DNA from: Daphnia carinata
Taxonomy: Eukaryota
Direction: 5' to 3'
Length of the DNA stretch: 64,000 bases
Assembly: GCF_022539665.2 (NCBI RefSeq)
Contig: NC_081333.1
Span: 12,524,001-12,588,000 of the forward strand
Shown: piece by piece, positions 28,071 through 40,498 of the stretch
How the letters are laid out: each line of letters starts with the position of its first letter
Position numbering within the stretch: position 1 is the first letter of the stretch
Notes under the pieces: generated by a model
What the model was told of the DNA's origin: nothing
The model's input: only the letters and a program-made list of their open reading frames with translations
Database searches by the model: none
Program-made: the position numbers and the translations under genes

Positions 28071-29579
28071 AACTAGTAAGTGTAATTTCCTTGCTTATCC
28101 GGGTTGAAGAAAATAATTCTTAGTTTCGTTCTTCGATACAAGTGCGCTTAGTATAATTTATTCCAATTAAGGCGTTGCGTGTATGTACGTTTCGCAGATT
28201 CGGCTGTAGGCCACGGCCGAATCGGTTTTTTACAACAATTTCCTGGGACCAAAGAGAATGCAAAAAAAAAAAAAAGAAAACCAATGCCCTTCACGTAACC
28301 TTCTTCTATCCGGTCAGAAGCGGTTTGAGTCTTTTCATCTTCCTCACGCGGGTGCTTTGTTACGTTACATCAACATCTAGTTGTTTTTTGTATATCTCGA
28401 TCAACACCGAGATAAACAAATTGTTATGTTGCCAGCTTTCCTAAGCTATTTCATACAGTACTGATCGTTCCTTTGGTAAAACTGCCCGGCACCGGTCAAA
28501 GGTCGACACATGACTTGGCTGATAAGAAATTAGGTTTCACAATTGATTTCACAAGCAAAGACTTATCTTTTCCTGGCTATTGTAGTATTGTTACTGAAAA
28601 CTAAATCGAAAAATTTTTGGTAACTTGACGATCAATCACTGACTCATATGCCGGATATTACGGTTAGAATAATAAAAGTGGTTGCCAGGCAAATTTTTAT
28701 CAACAACACATGAAAATATTGAGTTTATGACAACAGAGCGGATCTTTAAATACGTCTTTTAAAAGAAAAACCGCAACCAGCGGAAAAGAAACTACGTCGT
28801 AGTTCACTTAGACATTCGGGAAATCCTGTTTTTTCTAGTTTCTTTCTTTTTTTAAGTAAATATCTAAAGAAAAAAAATTAAATTAAAAGGAACAGTTTCG
28901 TCCTTGCCTACGTGTTTGAAAAGAGAAACAAAGACGTAAACAAAGATCCTACGTGCTGATATAAAGTGAAAACAATCCCAAAATCGTCTTGTCCACCATA
29001 TTTAGAAGTCACGTGAAATTTGTAATCAGGAAGTCCTTGTTGTTCCTACTTTCTTATGATGCATTAGCAACCAGTTCGGCTTCGTGCCTGCGGTTTTATT
29101 GCATCACTTGTTTACTATCTTTAGCAATTGTAAAAGTAATTTCATCAAGTCAAAAAAAAAAAGGAAAACATATAATTCGAAAAATTTATTAAAATGTAAA
29201 GTGAAAATGAATCCCCTGTACAAATCTCTGATGCCCAATTGCATAGTAATTGAGAATCAACGATTTACGACAATCAAAGCCTTATATAAAAAAATGTTGG
29301 CATAGTCAACACCTGAAGACGGTTCTTCTCCGGCATCATTTGCTGGGGATAATACATACACATAGTGAATGGCTTTACAGGGAAATTTTTCCGGATAAAT
29401 GTGACGATTATAAAATAGTAAATTCTACGGCGATAGTTACATCTGATATTCCCATATGACGAAAAATAAATGACAGTGGGGTAAATAATGCAAACCGATG
29501 TCCTTCCCGAACCAACCGATAAAGATTCCCACTTCTTTTTTTCTGATTTTCATATAACTGCGATAATGATGCGAAGGCT

Positions 29580-31189
29580 TTAAAGGTATCCAAGACTGAC
29601 TACTCGCTGCTCAACCGACAAGGGTGGACGGTAGTTGTTTAGGATTCTGTGTTCACCGCTGGGCTGAGTACAGCCACCTTTTTTCATGGACATCATCTCG
29701 CGGAAAGATTCCAACTAAAACCAAGTACAAAGATTTATTAGGTTTTCTGTTTGAGGGAGTTTGTAGATATCAAAATTGTACCTGCTCGTGCGACACTTCG
29801 ATGGGATCAACGAATACAATCCAAATGACACACTCGTTGCAAGGCGGAGTAGTCAGTGATCCCAGATATGTGTAATACGCACCTTTCTCTACAGAAAGAA
29901 ACAAACCATTCATCAACTGATCTAAGAATGAGAAAATTTACAATAATTTTACCTGGAAGAAGCTTATTTGGATCCAAAGTGTTTTTGAAAGGCACACATT
30001 CTTCCTTGTGCTTGATATCACATGTAAGTTCACAAAGTTTGTTCAGCTCCGGGTTTTCTTTTCCTACCTAAATTATAAAAAGGACATCATTAATCAACAG
30101 CTCAAAACGTCCGTGCAATAACTTAATTTACTTTAAGAAAAACAGCCAAAACTGCCAGCCCGTCTCCGTATTTGAGGGCCTCGTTGAAGCTTCCGTATTT
30201 GGTATTCCAATTGACGAAATGAATTTCAGCTCCATACGATTGGCCATTAACAAGATGTTCCGATCCAACGTGATCATTCTCTCCCCAATGACAATGGTAC
30301 TGAGCGAGTTCATATTCGTGCGACAATGGACCTCCAGACAAAGTGGCCCCTGCAGTGGGCACGTGAGCCTTCCAACAATATCCGGTATTGAGTAATTCAA
30401 TCGTTTCCTTCGGATAATTCCACGTAAGTCGCTTAATGTTCAAACGCGGATCCAAACGAACTTCGTCGGTATGAATATCAATCTGAAAATATCAAAGAGT
30501 TAATAATCTATTAAAAATTCAACATGCAACAACGTTTCTTACCGGTGATTGACGATGGCCGGGAGCGTGAAGAAAGTGTTTGGCCGTATACGAGTGTGGA
30601 CCTAACGGGGACAAAACAAAATAACAATATGAAATACAATGAGTCATTGATTTACTGACCAACTTGTCATACACAATCAACATCCCTTTCTTTTCGTAAA
30701 TTTCTTTTTCGATAAGATGAAAGACGCAGTCTTTACTGTAGTACAATACTATCATGTGACAGCACTCAAGGGCAAAAGGGGGTTGACAACCCCATTAGAA
30801 AAAAGGAGAAAGTCGAAAATTGCTTTAGGGCAAGCCCCAAAAATATGGTTTTACGCTTTTTACGTTAAGAGAAAGTTTTGTGTACAACGAGTCCATTGAA
30901 CTCGAGATAAACCACGTGCACTACATTGCTACTCACGACCTAAAATGGTTACAGGCCGTTGGCCCACCTCCTTTTACACAACGGTAAATACAGCAATTGA
31001 TAAATCTTCGTATAAGAATGGAGTCACTTACCACATCCACAAAACTTCTGAACCGACTGAGATAAAAGCTCAATAGATTCCGGAACACAGATGCACCTGC
31101 AATGATGTCACAATTTGATCAGAACATATCCACTAAAAACATCTGTCTGGTGTGATGTTAACTTACCAGTCACCGACCGTCCAGACCAT
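29580..31189 (-). CDS. Alpha-carbonic anhydrase, multi-exon
   Basis: RQSP(I)DI, QYHCHWG...GSEH...AEIHFVNWN (three Zn-binding His present), [33 protein letters not shown]. Start MVWTVGDW at 31189 inferred from phase-compatible small exons. Confidence 0.9.
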
Positions 31190-34100
31190 TTAATAAACTT
31201 TTAAAAATTTAAACGCAAGAAATTAGAAAAATTGCTTTGTATGTTTACGCTCTGCGCGCTGCTTTGTAACTAAACTTGCCCGTCGTTCCCCCCACAGCTT
31301 TATAGTCTCTACTGTTCGTTTGGAAAGCCTCAAGCGGAGCACGGGGGGAGGGGAGAGGAAAAAAAAATGCTTATCGTTGATTGGCTGCTGTCGAAAGCAC
31401 ATGGCTGACTTCAAAGCACATGCAAGGCACATGGCAACAGTGCGAGAAACGTACGCATAGGAAACATACAGCTGTTTCGTAATACTTGTCAGTCGAAGGG
31501 CGGTATTTCCAGAGAAGGAAAACAACTACTGTTGAGGAGCTTGAAAGAGAGAGGTGTTCCGTACCAAGATGTCGGATGGTACCAGGCACGAAGAATAAAG
31601 TAAGGTCTTTTATTTTTATTTTTCAAGAAAAAACCCCGATGAACTCCTCCCATGCACGTAATTCCCCACCTGAAGCACCGTCGTGATTATCCTTTTGGCA
31701 AATGTTCAAGTCTGGAGGGCAACCACAGGCACTGTGTCGTACCACCTCAAACACACATACTGTATGCAGATGCTTTTAAAAAGTGTGCATGGTGTCGTTT
31801 ATTATTGCTTTTTCCCATTTTGGATAGCAACTGTTTACGTTGACCCACTCACGTCCACAATATTACGTGATAACCCGAGTTATGTTCGTCTATTGCAGAC
31901 AAATGTATTATTTTTGCAGTTTTTGACAAAATGTTTCATTCCGTTATGTAAAGACACAAGGGCAGCAGAAAAGAGAAGGTTTCAGTATGCAAATGGCGGA
32001 AGCAGAAGAGACGAAAAAAGAATAGTTCAAGGATGTTCTTAAGTTGTAGATGGATCTTGGAAATGCAGCATGATGGAGTTTGCACCCATACTGTTATTCA
32101 TGTTCGTACCCAAAGTTCGAACGATTAGATGTTTTATCAACCAATTGATACCGCTTGATAACTATGTCACATGATTTTTGTAAACTGACAAAATATTTGG
32201 CACCTTTCGATTTTATCTCAACGAAAGTTGCACCACCTGAAATTGCTGCACGTTGTCGGATATTACTTATAATTTTGTTTTATCAATGGGACAAATTAAA
32301 CACAAATTAAATAATATCAAGTCCCGACCAAATTAAATAAGAGAAAATGTAACGTTGTGCATGTAATTAATTTACACTTGATTGGCAATCAATTTAGGTA
32401 TCCCTTAAGGCCAAAATTTAATAGTTCTGCGAATGCACGTGTAATTTCTGCAGCACTTCAAGGTCAGCAACTGTATTTAATGCGAAATGTACTTAACTTT
32501 AACATGAAAATGAATTCAATGTCATTTTAAGCATTCCCCTCCTCTTCTTTGTCTAGGCGCTGAAGCTGAGAAAACGCTTTATTTCGATTCCCGGGAAACA
32601 GTTGATTTGAAGAATTGCCAAAACGATGTCAAAGCATATGAGCCAAATTAAAAAGCCATTTTCCACTCATCCTATTTTTCTCATGTAAGTTATTTTTCCG
32701 TTTCAGCTAACAATGATCCATTTTGTAACATGAAGAAAACACGATAGCTGCGTTGTGTGATTCGCTACATCCGGTGCTTTAATTGTATTGACGGAGAAAA
32801 TGAATCATCCGGTGGTGCAGATATTGCTGGAACGCGGACATGGTTATGCATATATCAACCTGCATTACAAATACTAACTTCGTATTTGTTTTATTTTCCC
32901 CCGCGAACGTCAACGGATGCCTGCTGATCTCATCAAGAAGGAAAACAACAACCGGTGTTCATTCTTTTTGTAGTGGAAACCGGAGATTCATCTCTAGACA
33001 AAATCTCATTCGCCGTGAAAAATATCTGTAAAAACAAGTCGTGCGGGAGCAACTATCAAGTTAAGGTCTTTCCCTTCCCCCTGAAATGTAAAATGGGACA
33101 ACGGGCAAAGCCAGACTCCCTTGCCTTCGCATCATACACGAGTTTCGGAAAGTTCTAGAACTCTGGACTCGACAGGCGCGGTAAATTGCCCGGAGGGGAA
33201 CCAAGCGCATACCAACGTGAATGAGTCTGCAAGCAACGGCAGAGTGAACGCGGTTAAAACCCCATTGAAGGCCCCCCCCTACCTCGTCCCCCCTCCACCA
33301 CAGTGCACTCCCTAAAAAGGGGGGAAAAACAAGTTTTTGGTTAATGCAACTTCGCAATATTAAATAGCTCTAGGGCTTCTCATTGTTGAGTCATCTATCT
33401 ACCTTGTGAATTGCATTGAGCCAATGTTTTTATTTCCCGCTGCTACGCTCTGAATTGTTTTAGGACAAACCGCAAATGTTCGATTAAATTAAGCCACTCA
33501 TCGTTGCAACATTTTTGCCGCTCTTTCGGTACTATTATATCATAGTAACTCAGCAATTCTTAAATATTCCTATGAGAGGCGAATTCGAACCCCATATTTT
33601 GCCGCAACTGAGAAGATAACAACCAATGTATTAGGTTTAGTTTCTCAAGTCTGTCAATTTCTCAGGTGAAAAAACAAACAAAACAAGATAATGGATAGAG
33701 CCAAATATGCCGTACCAGTGAAGTTAGATCACGGGTTCGCATGAACGTAAATGAGCGCAACACGACCCCGAGGCAAAAATGAAAACCTACGACGTAGATT
33801 TGTTGCAGGTTACGCGATGTATCATGTGCCAAACGTAACAACAAGTGTTGGTTTCATCGAGTTCTTTGACTTGAATAGATGATGATGAAACAAGTTATAG
33901 CCAAGGCACAAGGCAATAAATTTATATGAGAACGCCCTACTAATGGTATTCTATGAATGAATATCGAAGGTAAGAGAAATAGCCTACAAAAAAATCCTAC
34001 TTTCAGACACTGTTTCTTCGGTACGATCGAACTCGGAATTGGCTTCGAGCTCTATATACACGTTTTCCAACTTGTAAATGTTTTATCCATTTTACATTCT

Positions 34101-35342
34101 TTTGATTGTCTGTTGATTATCTGACAGTCCTTATAGTTACCAATGGCTGGCATTATCTGTTGAAGCTAGAATATGAAACAACGCCCTTCGTTCGAACCTT
34201 GCCAAAAAGCTGTTCGACCTTCAATTTTTCTTTTGTATGACTGATGAGACGAAAAAGGGGAATTGAGTTCTACTTTCAGTGGACTTTAGACAAACAAGGG
34301 AAGTTGTTTACCATGTTGGAAAAGCCAGCGTGTCGCTATCAACACGTTAACCATTTGACAAGGATTTCGCGACTGCAGTGCCATCTAGAAGCTAAATCAA
34401 CCACGAAACCGATCTACTTCCGCTTTCAAGGTTTTCACAACCAATTCCCAACTATCACTACATCATTCAACTGACATTTATTTTATCGCAATATTTACAA
34501 GCAAATGAAGCCCAGAATTGCCCTAGTCTAGTATTTCTTCCGATGGCGGTACTTCATTTCCATGAAGCGCCTTAATTTTCAAACAGAATTTGTTTGTAGC
34601 TCAGGGTTCCAATACTTATTTGCAATATAATCTCATAGCATTATTCATGTAACGCGCATAGAAAACAATGGCCAAGGTTGCTAATGTTACGGAAATAACC
34701 AGAGAATCTGCTTTAGGAAATGCTATTTGGGTTTATTACCTTCTCGGCTGATAACGGAAAGATGTAACCTTCAATTAAGGTTGGTCCTTCGGTTCTGTGT
34801 AGAACTGGCTATCATTGGGAGCTACAGTATTCCGAGTGTCAATTCTATCCTGATCACCATCGCGGAAGCGGAAATTCAAAACGAATAACAGGTCAAGGTG
34901 GTTGAATGGTCGGTATCGTGCCAAATCACTGATTTAATCATGGAGGTAGCTATAACTTTAACTGCATGGCCCCTTGAAGCAAGAGGTATATATTTCATTT
35001 ATGGAAATATCACGCTAACCACTTTTAAATCCTAGTATGTTTATAAATTATTTTTAGGGACGACACGTCAAATTTAACTGAGCGTAATGGCCAGAGTTAA
35101 GAGAATTAATATTCAGAGGTAAATAAAAACATATGAGAAATTAATCATGTCCATCATCCTGTCGTCTGAATTGTAACGTGATACAGCTGTTATTGCGCGA
35201 GTTTTTTTCTCAATACCTAAGTTAAACTTGCACCATTGCAAGAAGCTCCTGAAAAAGGTGACAGAGGAAACAGTGGCTTTCAGGATCACCGATACTCTGG
35301 CGACTAAAAGTCGTTCGAATGTCAATTCCAGAATTCTGGAAT

Positions 35343-35535
35343 TGGAAAAACTAGTGGTATACCGGCGCTGGTAAATTAACAAAATTTTTTATCAATTTCA
35401 CCTTAGTATCCATATAATGTTCTTTGATACAGAGTCCAAAATGGGTTGAAAGCCGGAAATTTCAACATTTCCTACCTCCGACAATTATTTCCAATGGTAT
35501 CGATCTAAAGGAATGGTGTGAAATCACCCAGTTTA
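35343..35535 (+). pseudogene. Partial duplicate of ASCC2 exon 1 end, intron 1 and exon 2 start
   Basis: Close copy of 37685-37878 in the same orientation, intron and GT/AG sites included. Reads GKTSGIPAL|SPKWVESRKFQHFLPPTIISNGIDLKEWCEITQF, then diverges to a stop at 35574-35576. Confidence 0.85.
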
Positions 35536-36766
35536 CTGTAGCGCACTGGCGCTTGGGTTTATTAATTCGGGCTTAAGATTTTTTTCGGCAAACATTAACA
35601 GTCATCGGAATTGGTTGAATATCACAGAATATACTCAAAATTGATCTCAGTTGAATGAAATGAAGTTGAATCAGCATTTTGAGTAATGGTGGTGGCTTTC
35701 TCTCCCACCGTCGTCTTGTACGATACAACTGAAGCCATTCTCATGTTTTTCAGCAGGCCAATAAATGGTAGCCTTATTTATTCGGGTCCTCTGAAGAGCT
35801 TCGCATACGACACTGTTTCTATATAGAAGGGCGACATGGCGGGAATGAAACGACGTGGAAATTTGCCATGCCGCATTTAAAAAAGAAAAAGCGCCTTCTA
35901 ATCGTTTCTCTGTCCCCCGAAGTCATGGGGTTCCGTTTAGCGTGATGTGGTTGCGTTCACCTTCGGAGTCAGCACACACTTCTCTGTTGGATGTCATCAG
36001 TTGAACCTGAAAATCCAATTGACTACTGTTTGTGCTTGTTGTTGATCGCAGTTGGCTTCTTCTCGTCTTCGCTACTAAACTCCAATTCGTCGTCGTCGTC
36101 CTCTCTTCGTCGTTAAAGACGTCGATTGTCGTCTGGTTATCGATTTTCGGTAACACATTCATCAAAATCTTTTCTCCCTGTTATAATGAAAGCGAAGAAG
36201 TTATCGTTATCATTCTGAAAATTATTTCCTGGAATTGAATAACAAGAGTAAGCGCAAACAAAGGCGGTATAAAGCCTAGGCTATAATTGGCTATTAACCT
36301 ACTTCAAAAAGAAGGTGAAAAACTGGGTAACTTATTTTAAATCAACGAATACTAGCTGGCTCACAACAGATCATGTTACGCAACACGTAATAAGACGTAA
36401 ACTTATTAACGGTTGACTTGTCGTATCCTGTGAAGTTGCTTGATGCTATTAGGTTATGCCGTTTGCTTTTAAATAGTAAAATGGGTATAAGTTCGTACAT
36501 ATTATTCCATATAGGCTTCGTATAACGAATATTGTTCGGATTTATTGAATAGATTTCGCTGGGGCGTACATTACCGGTTACAACATAATGGACGTGCGCA
36601 CGGATGGTAACATTTTCAGCTCCTTTTTGCGTAGTAACCTAGATTAAACTTTGGGTTTGGAAAACGTTATTAAATGGTAGAATTCGATGAGCTGTAATAC
36701 CTTGTTTCAAAAATGGAACCATTTTGGATTCGCCCTTTAACTTTGAGGTAAAAAATATAAATATAT

Positions 36767-36772
36767 AAAAAA
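36767..36772 (-). terminator. Pol III oligo-T terminator (T6)
   Basis: First run of 4 or more T on the minus strand after 37248. It directly follows the 3' strand of the terminal helix. Confidence 0.65.
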
Positions 36773-37248
36773 GGGACGGGGCTTGTTCGTGTAACTTGAA
36801 TCGCAACAGTTAGTTGCCTACCGTAGTGTGAGCGTAATAGTCGCCACAGGATCCCTTGAGTTTACCGGGTTTCCCCCACCCGGCTCTCAGCAGTTACCTG
36901 ACCCCGTTGAATCTGAATCCTTGCTGGATCTAACAGACCGAACTGTTCTCACATAGTCACGTGGATGGGGGACCATCCATCACAGAAATGATCATCGACA
37001 ATTCCGCATCTGTTTCCAGAACTAGGCCATCCGGACGCTCAACAGACCTAGCCAGCACCATGACGCTTACCACGACTCACATGCAACACAATGGAACCAA
37101 CTGCTTGTTCAAGCCGGCTGCATGACTAGAATGTCTAATGAAAGGTACTGTGCGAGCAGATCTCTCTTCCAGCGCACCATGTTTCACTCTACATTCAGTC
37201 GCCTATTGTACTAAGGAAGGATCCTTAGTCACTAACTTGCCCCGATCC
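36767..37248 (-). ncRNA. Large, highly structured putative Pol III (type-3 promoter) ncRNA of unassigned family, ~476 nt plus oligo-U
   Basis: 5' GGAUCGGGGC pairs with 3' GCCCCGUCCC, immediately followed by U6. TATA at -31..-24. No internal T4. Many nested helices with G-U pairs that only work on the minus strand. Three GNRA tetraloops. No ORF of 60 aa or more. Confidence 0.75.
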
Positions 37249-37271
37249 AATTAGAAGGTGTTTTAACAACG

Positions 37272-37279
37272 TTAATATA
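37272..37279 (-). promoter_or_regulatory. TATA box (TATATTAA) of the putative Pol III ncRNA
   Basis: Located at -31..-24 relative to the G at 37248, the spacing typical of U6/7SK-type promoters. A PSE may lie at ~37285-37315 but cannot be confirmed by eye. Confidence 0.55.
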
Positions 37280-37643
37280 CCGTGAAACGCAAGGGTATAA
37301 AAGCGTTGCTGCTGAAATCGTCACTATGGCAGTCAAAAAGGGGAAGAATATAATTTTGGAAGTACATTAAAGTAAAATGAAACAATGAACTGTATTCACT
37401 AACTTATATTCCTTTTGTCCGCAAAAAAACACCAAAAGAATATATTGATCTCCAAATTCATAAAACGACTTTTAATTGTGTCGGGGGGCAATAGACAAAA
37501 TGCTATTACCCCCCGGATTCTGGGGGGCAATAGATTTTTCCCTTTTCTTAATGCTCGTCTGCTGTTCACAAATAAACAATCATAGTTTTCCTCACTACAG
37601 CGATCCACAGGCTTAAAGAGAACCGTTGTTTCAATCAGTGAAA

Positions 37644-40370
37644 ATGAATTCCCTTGAAAAACGAACAATTCTAATTACTGAGGGTGGAAAAACTAGTGGT
37701 ATACCGGCGTTGGTAAATTTAAATAATTTGTTTATGAATTTTACCTTGGTATCCATATAATGTTCCTTAATACAGAGTCAAAAATGGGTTGAAAGCCGGA
37801 AATTTCTTCTTTTCCTACCCCCGACAGTTATTTCCAATGGTATCGATCTAAAGGAATGGTGTGAAATCACCCAGTTTATAAAAAATGATCTGCACTGGCT
37901 GCTGAAACTTCCACATCATAAGTTTGTTAACATTAAGTGATCACTACCTGTTGTACGTTATCTCAATTTCGTTAAATTCATCTTATAGATTCTGGTCACA
38001 AACAATATATGACAAATCCTTACACTCCAGCCTAGTTTCCTTCCTTCAAGAGGCACCCCGGTTTTATTCAGAGGAAAAAAACATCTTGAAAGCTTCCCCC
38101 CCTGCATGGAATTTATTCAAGGAAACGCAAAAACTGGTGTTTCTTACCTTTATACGCATGGCAACTCATAAAGAATCAAAGGTATTGCACAAGTATTATT
38201 CATATTTTTTCATCCTATCTTTGTCCCTAAAGTACATAATGCTAGAAAATAAATGTGTTTTCTTTAAATTAAGGATTCCTACATAAGCCCAGAAGTTTTT
38301 GGACAGCTGATCTATGACAATTTCATCTTTGATGTTCCAAAGATGATGGATTTGTCTATTCTGTTTGGCCCAACTAATTCGGTTCTACTGAGTAAAATGT
38401 TCAAAAACATTTTTGCCAATCAGCCACAATACAAGTTTGACCTGGAAGAAACTGCCAAAGGGTTAACCAAGGTACACCATATCTATTTTGTATTGTACCA
38501 CCACAAAATGTGACTACACATGCCTCTTCTTTGTCAGGTTTTTCAACTTGTTTTAGGTGAACTTGGGCTAGATAGTAGCCAGGCAGCTGGAAGTGTTAAT
38601 TGTGGATCGTTGTCTGCCGAAGAAATTGATGAGCTCGTCACATACATGCTGGATATTAGTGCGACTTTATGGTATTTCGTGGATATTTATACAGAAGCAA
38701 CTTCGATTCTTATCAAAGCGAACATTCAAAACCAGTACGTTACAATACATTTTCAATGTTTCTACTATAACAGTGTATAATTCTCTGTTTTCAGACTGGC
38801 CGATTTTTATGAAAAGGGCATCCCATATTTGTGTCGCCAGGTTGAAATTATGCCTCAAAATGTGAAACAAAAAATGACTCGGAACCTGAACTCAGCTCGC
38901 AAATTCCTTCTTCAAATCTACAACGCCTTGTTGCATTACGGTTCTATCAGACTTCTTCTATCGCAAAGGTCTTCCAGATTTTACAGTCCTTTCAAATCAA
39001 TGTCGATAATCTAATTTGTTATCCAACAGCAATGAGGACGGTTCTTGGGACAGAGAAGAACCCGTGGAACTGTGGCTAGATTGGTTAACTTGTTTAGTTT
39101 CAGAGCGCCAACGTCATTTTCTTATTGACTATAACCTGATTTTTCAAGTCCAAGATGATATTGATCTAATCGCCCAATTAGGGATTCAAATGTAACTCAA
39201 AAGTGTCATTTACGTTTTAGCGATTAAGATTAAAACTTTCTTTTTATAGGGATAGTACGCGAGTTGAATACGTAAAAGCAGGGTTAAAAGAATTTCGAGT
39301 GGAGTTTGGCTTATCTTTAACACCAGCAAGTCTAAGAGCTTCTGACGGTGGGGTGGATCCCGTGAAGATGAACGGGCTTATTCTTCAAGTAAAAGAACTT
39401 TTGCCGGACCTCCAGGAGAATTTCATTCAGGTGAGTTCATTTGTTCGGTTTGACGTTTTGAAAGCATTTTATATTTAAAAATTTCAAATGAATATCAAGG
39501 TTTGTTTGAAACATTACGATTTCAACCCCGAAGCTGTCATCAACGCAGTGTTAGAAGACAATCTACCGCCTCACTTGAACGAGAGCCATAGCATTCCAGA
39601 TACGCAACCAATCCCAGAAGTCTTCGTCGGTTTTGAAGAACCGACAGATATATCAAAGAAAACAAGAACAAAGTATTATAGAAAATCGTATTTTCCGTTA
39701 ATGGTCACAATTTATCTGTTTGCCAATATCACAGGACCGTTCATTTCAACGAAATGCGTGAAGTCTTGAACGACAAGCAGGATATGAAAAGCCTGATTCT
39801 GGATCGCGTCGATGAACAACTTGCAGCGGAAGTATGGGTTTTGTACCTTTCTTTAATTATTACCAAAACTCATTGTTCTTTTTATTTAGTATGAAGACGA
39901 ATATGACGACACCTATGATGGCCATGCTGTTGGTTCCGAAGAGCCAGATGCACACAATGGAGAGGAAGAGTTCCGAAGATCGTTTGTGGTCCCTCGTGTC
40001 TTGCGACCGAAAATGGAAGAAGAATCAGATGATGAAGAGGATTTCCATCAGCCTGAAGAAAAGCCTAAGGATCACTTTGTAACGAATCCAGAAGAACTCC
40101 GAGCGCTAGCGGAACAGAGACGGTTGAGTAGGCGAGGCAATTATAGACCTGGTCCGACACCATCGCAACGAAATGTCGTTGGTAACATAGTGTTAAATCG
40201 TGTGATGCCGTAACCTATTTTAAATGTTTTTGTGGATTACAGGCGGCCCACGTGGCCAAGGCCAGGAAAAGGAAACTATCGTTGCACGCCGTCACAAAAC
40301 GGAAAACAAAACACGGGGCGCCAATCATAACAGAAGATCCATGGCGGATAGAAAAAGACGCGAGTTTTAA
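37644..40370 (+). CDS. ASCC2: Activating signal cointegrator 1 complex subunit 2 (CUE domain), multi-exon
   Basis: NDLHWLLKLPHH|FWSQTIYD...FLQEAPR...VFLTFIRMATHKES...LIYDNFIFDVPKMMDL. CUE domain QVKELLPDLQENFIQVCLKHYDFNPEAVINAVLEDNLPPHL. Then YEDEYDDTYD, FVTNPEELRA and ANHNRRSMADRKR. Confidence 0.93.
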
Positions 40371-40498
40371 TTCTACGTCTGGTATCTAGTTTATCAAAAT
40401 GTGGAATGGTGATACAGTCAGTGGTTCAGCAAAGGACACGGTTACATAAAAAAATAGGTGTGGAAACGGAATATATATATTTAGAAGCGTCTTCCTCA

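Noticed and set aside
35923..36238. Thr/Val-rich ORFs on both strands
   Set aside because: Driven by GTC/GAC-type micro-repeats. No recognisable product or supported splice chain.
36935..36953. GUGAGAACAGUUCGGUC resembles the bacterial 23S peptidyl-transferase segment GUGAGACAGUUCGGUC
   Set aside because: The match is short and the flanks do not follow rRNA. Not an rRNA fragment on this evidence.
36773..37248. The ncRNA as telomerase RNA, U3, SRP RNA or 7SK
   Set aside because: No CCUAA template for TTAGG. The U3-like GAUCAUUUCU is internal, not at the 5' end. No SRP Alu or helix-8 motifs. It starts GGA and contains CAGGUAACUG, reminiscent of insect 7SK, but the 5' end pairs with the extreme 3' end and there is no free terminal hairpin. 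A divergent 7SK is not fully excluded without cmsearch.
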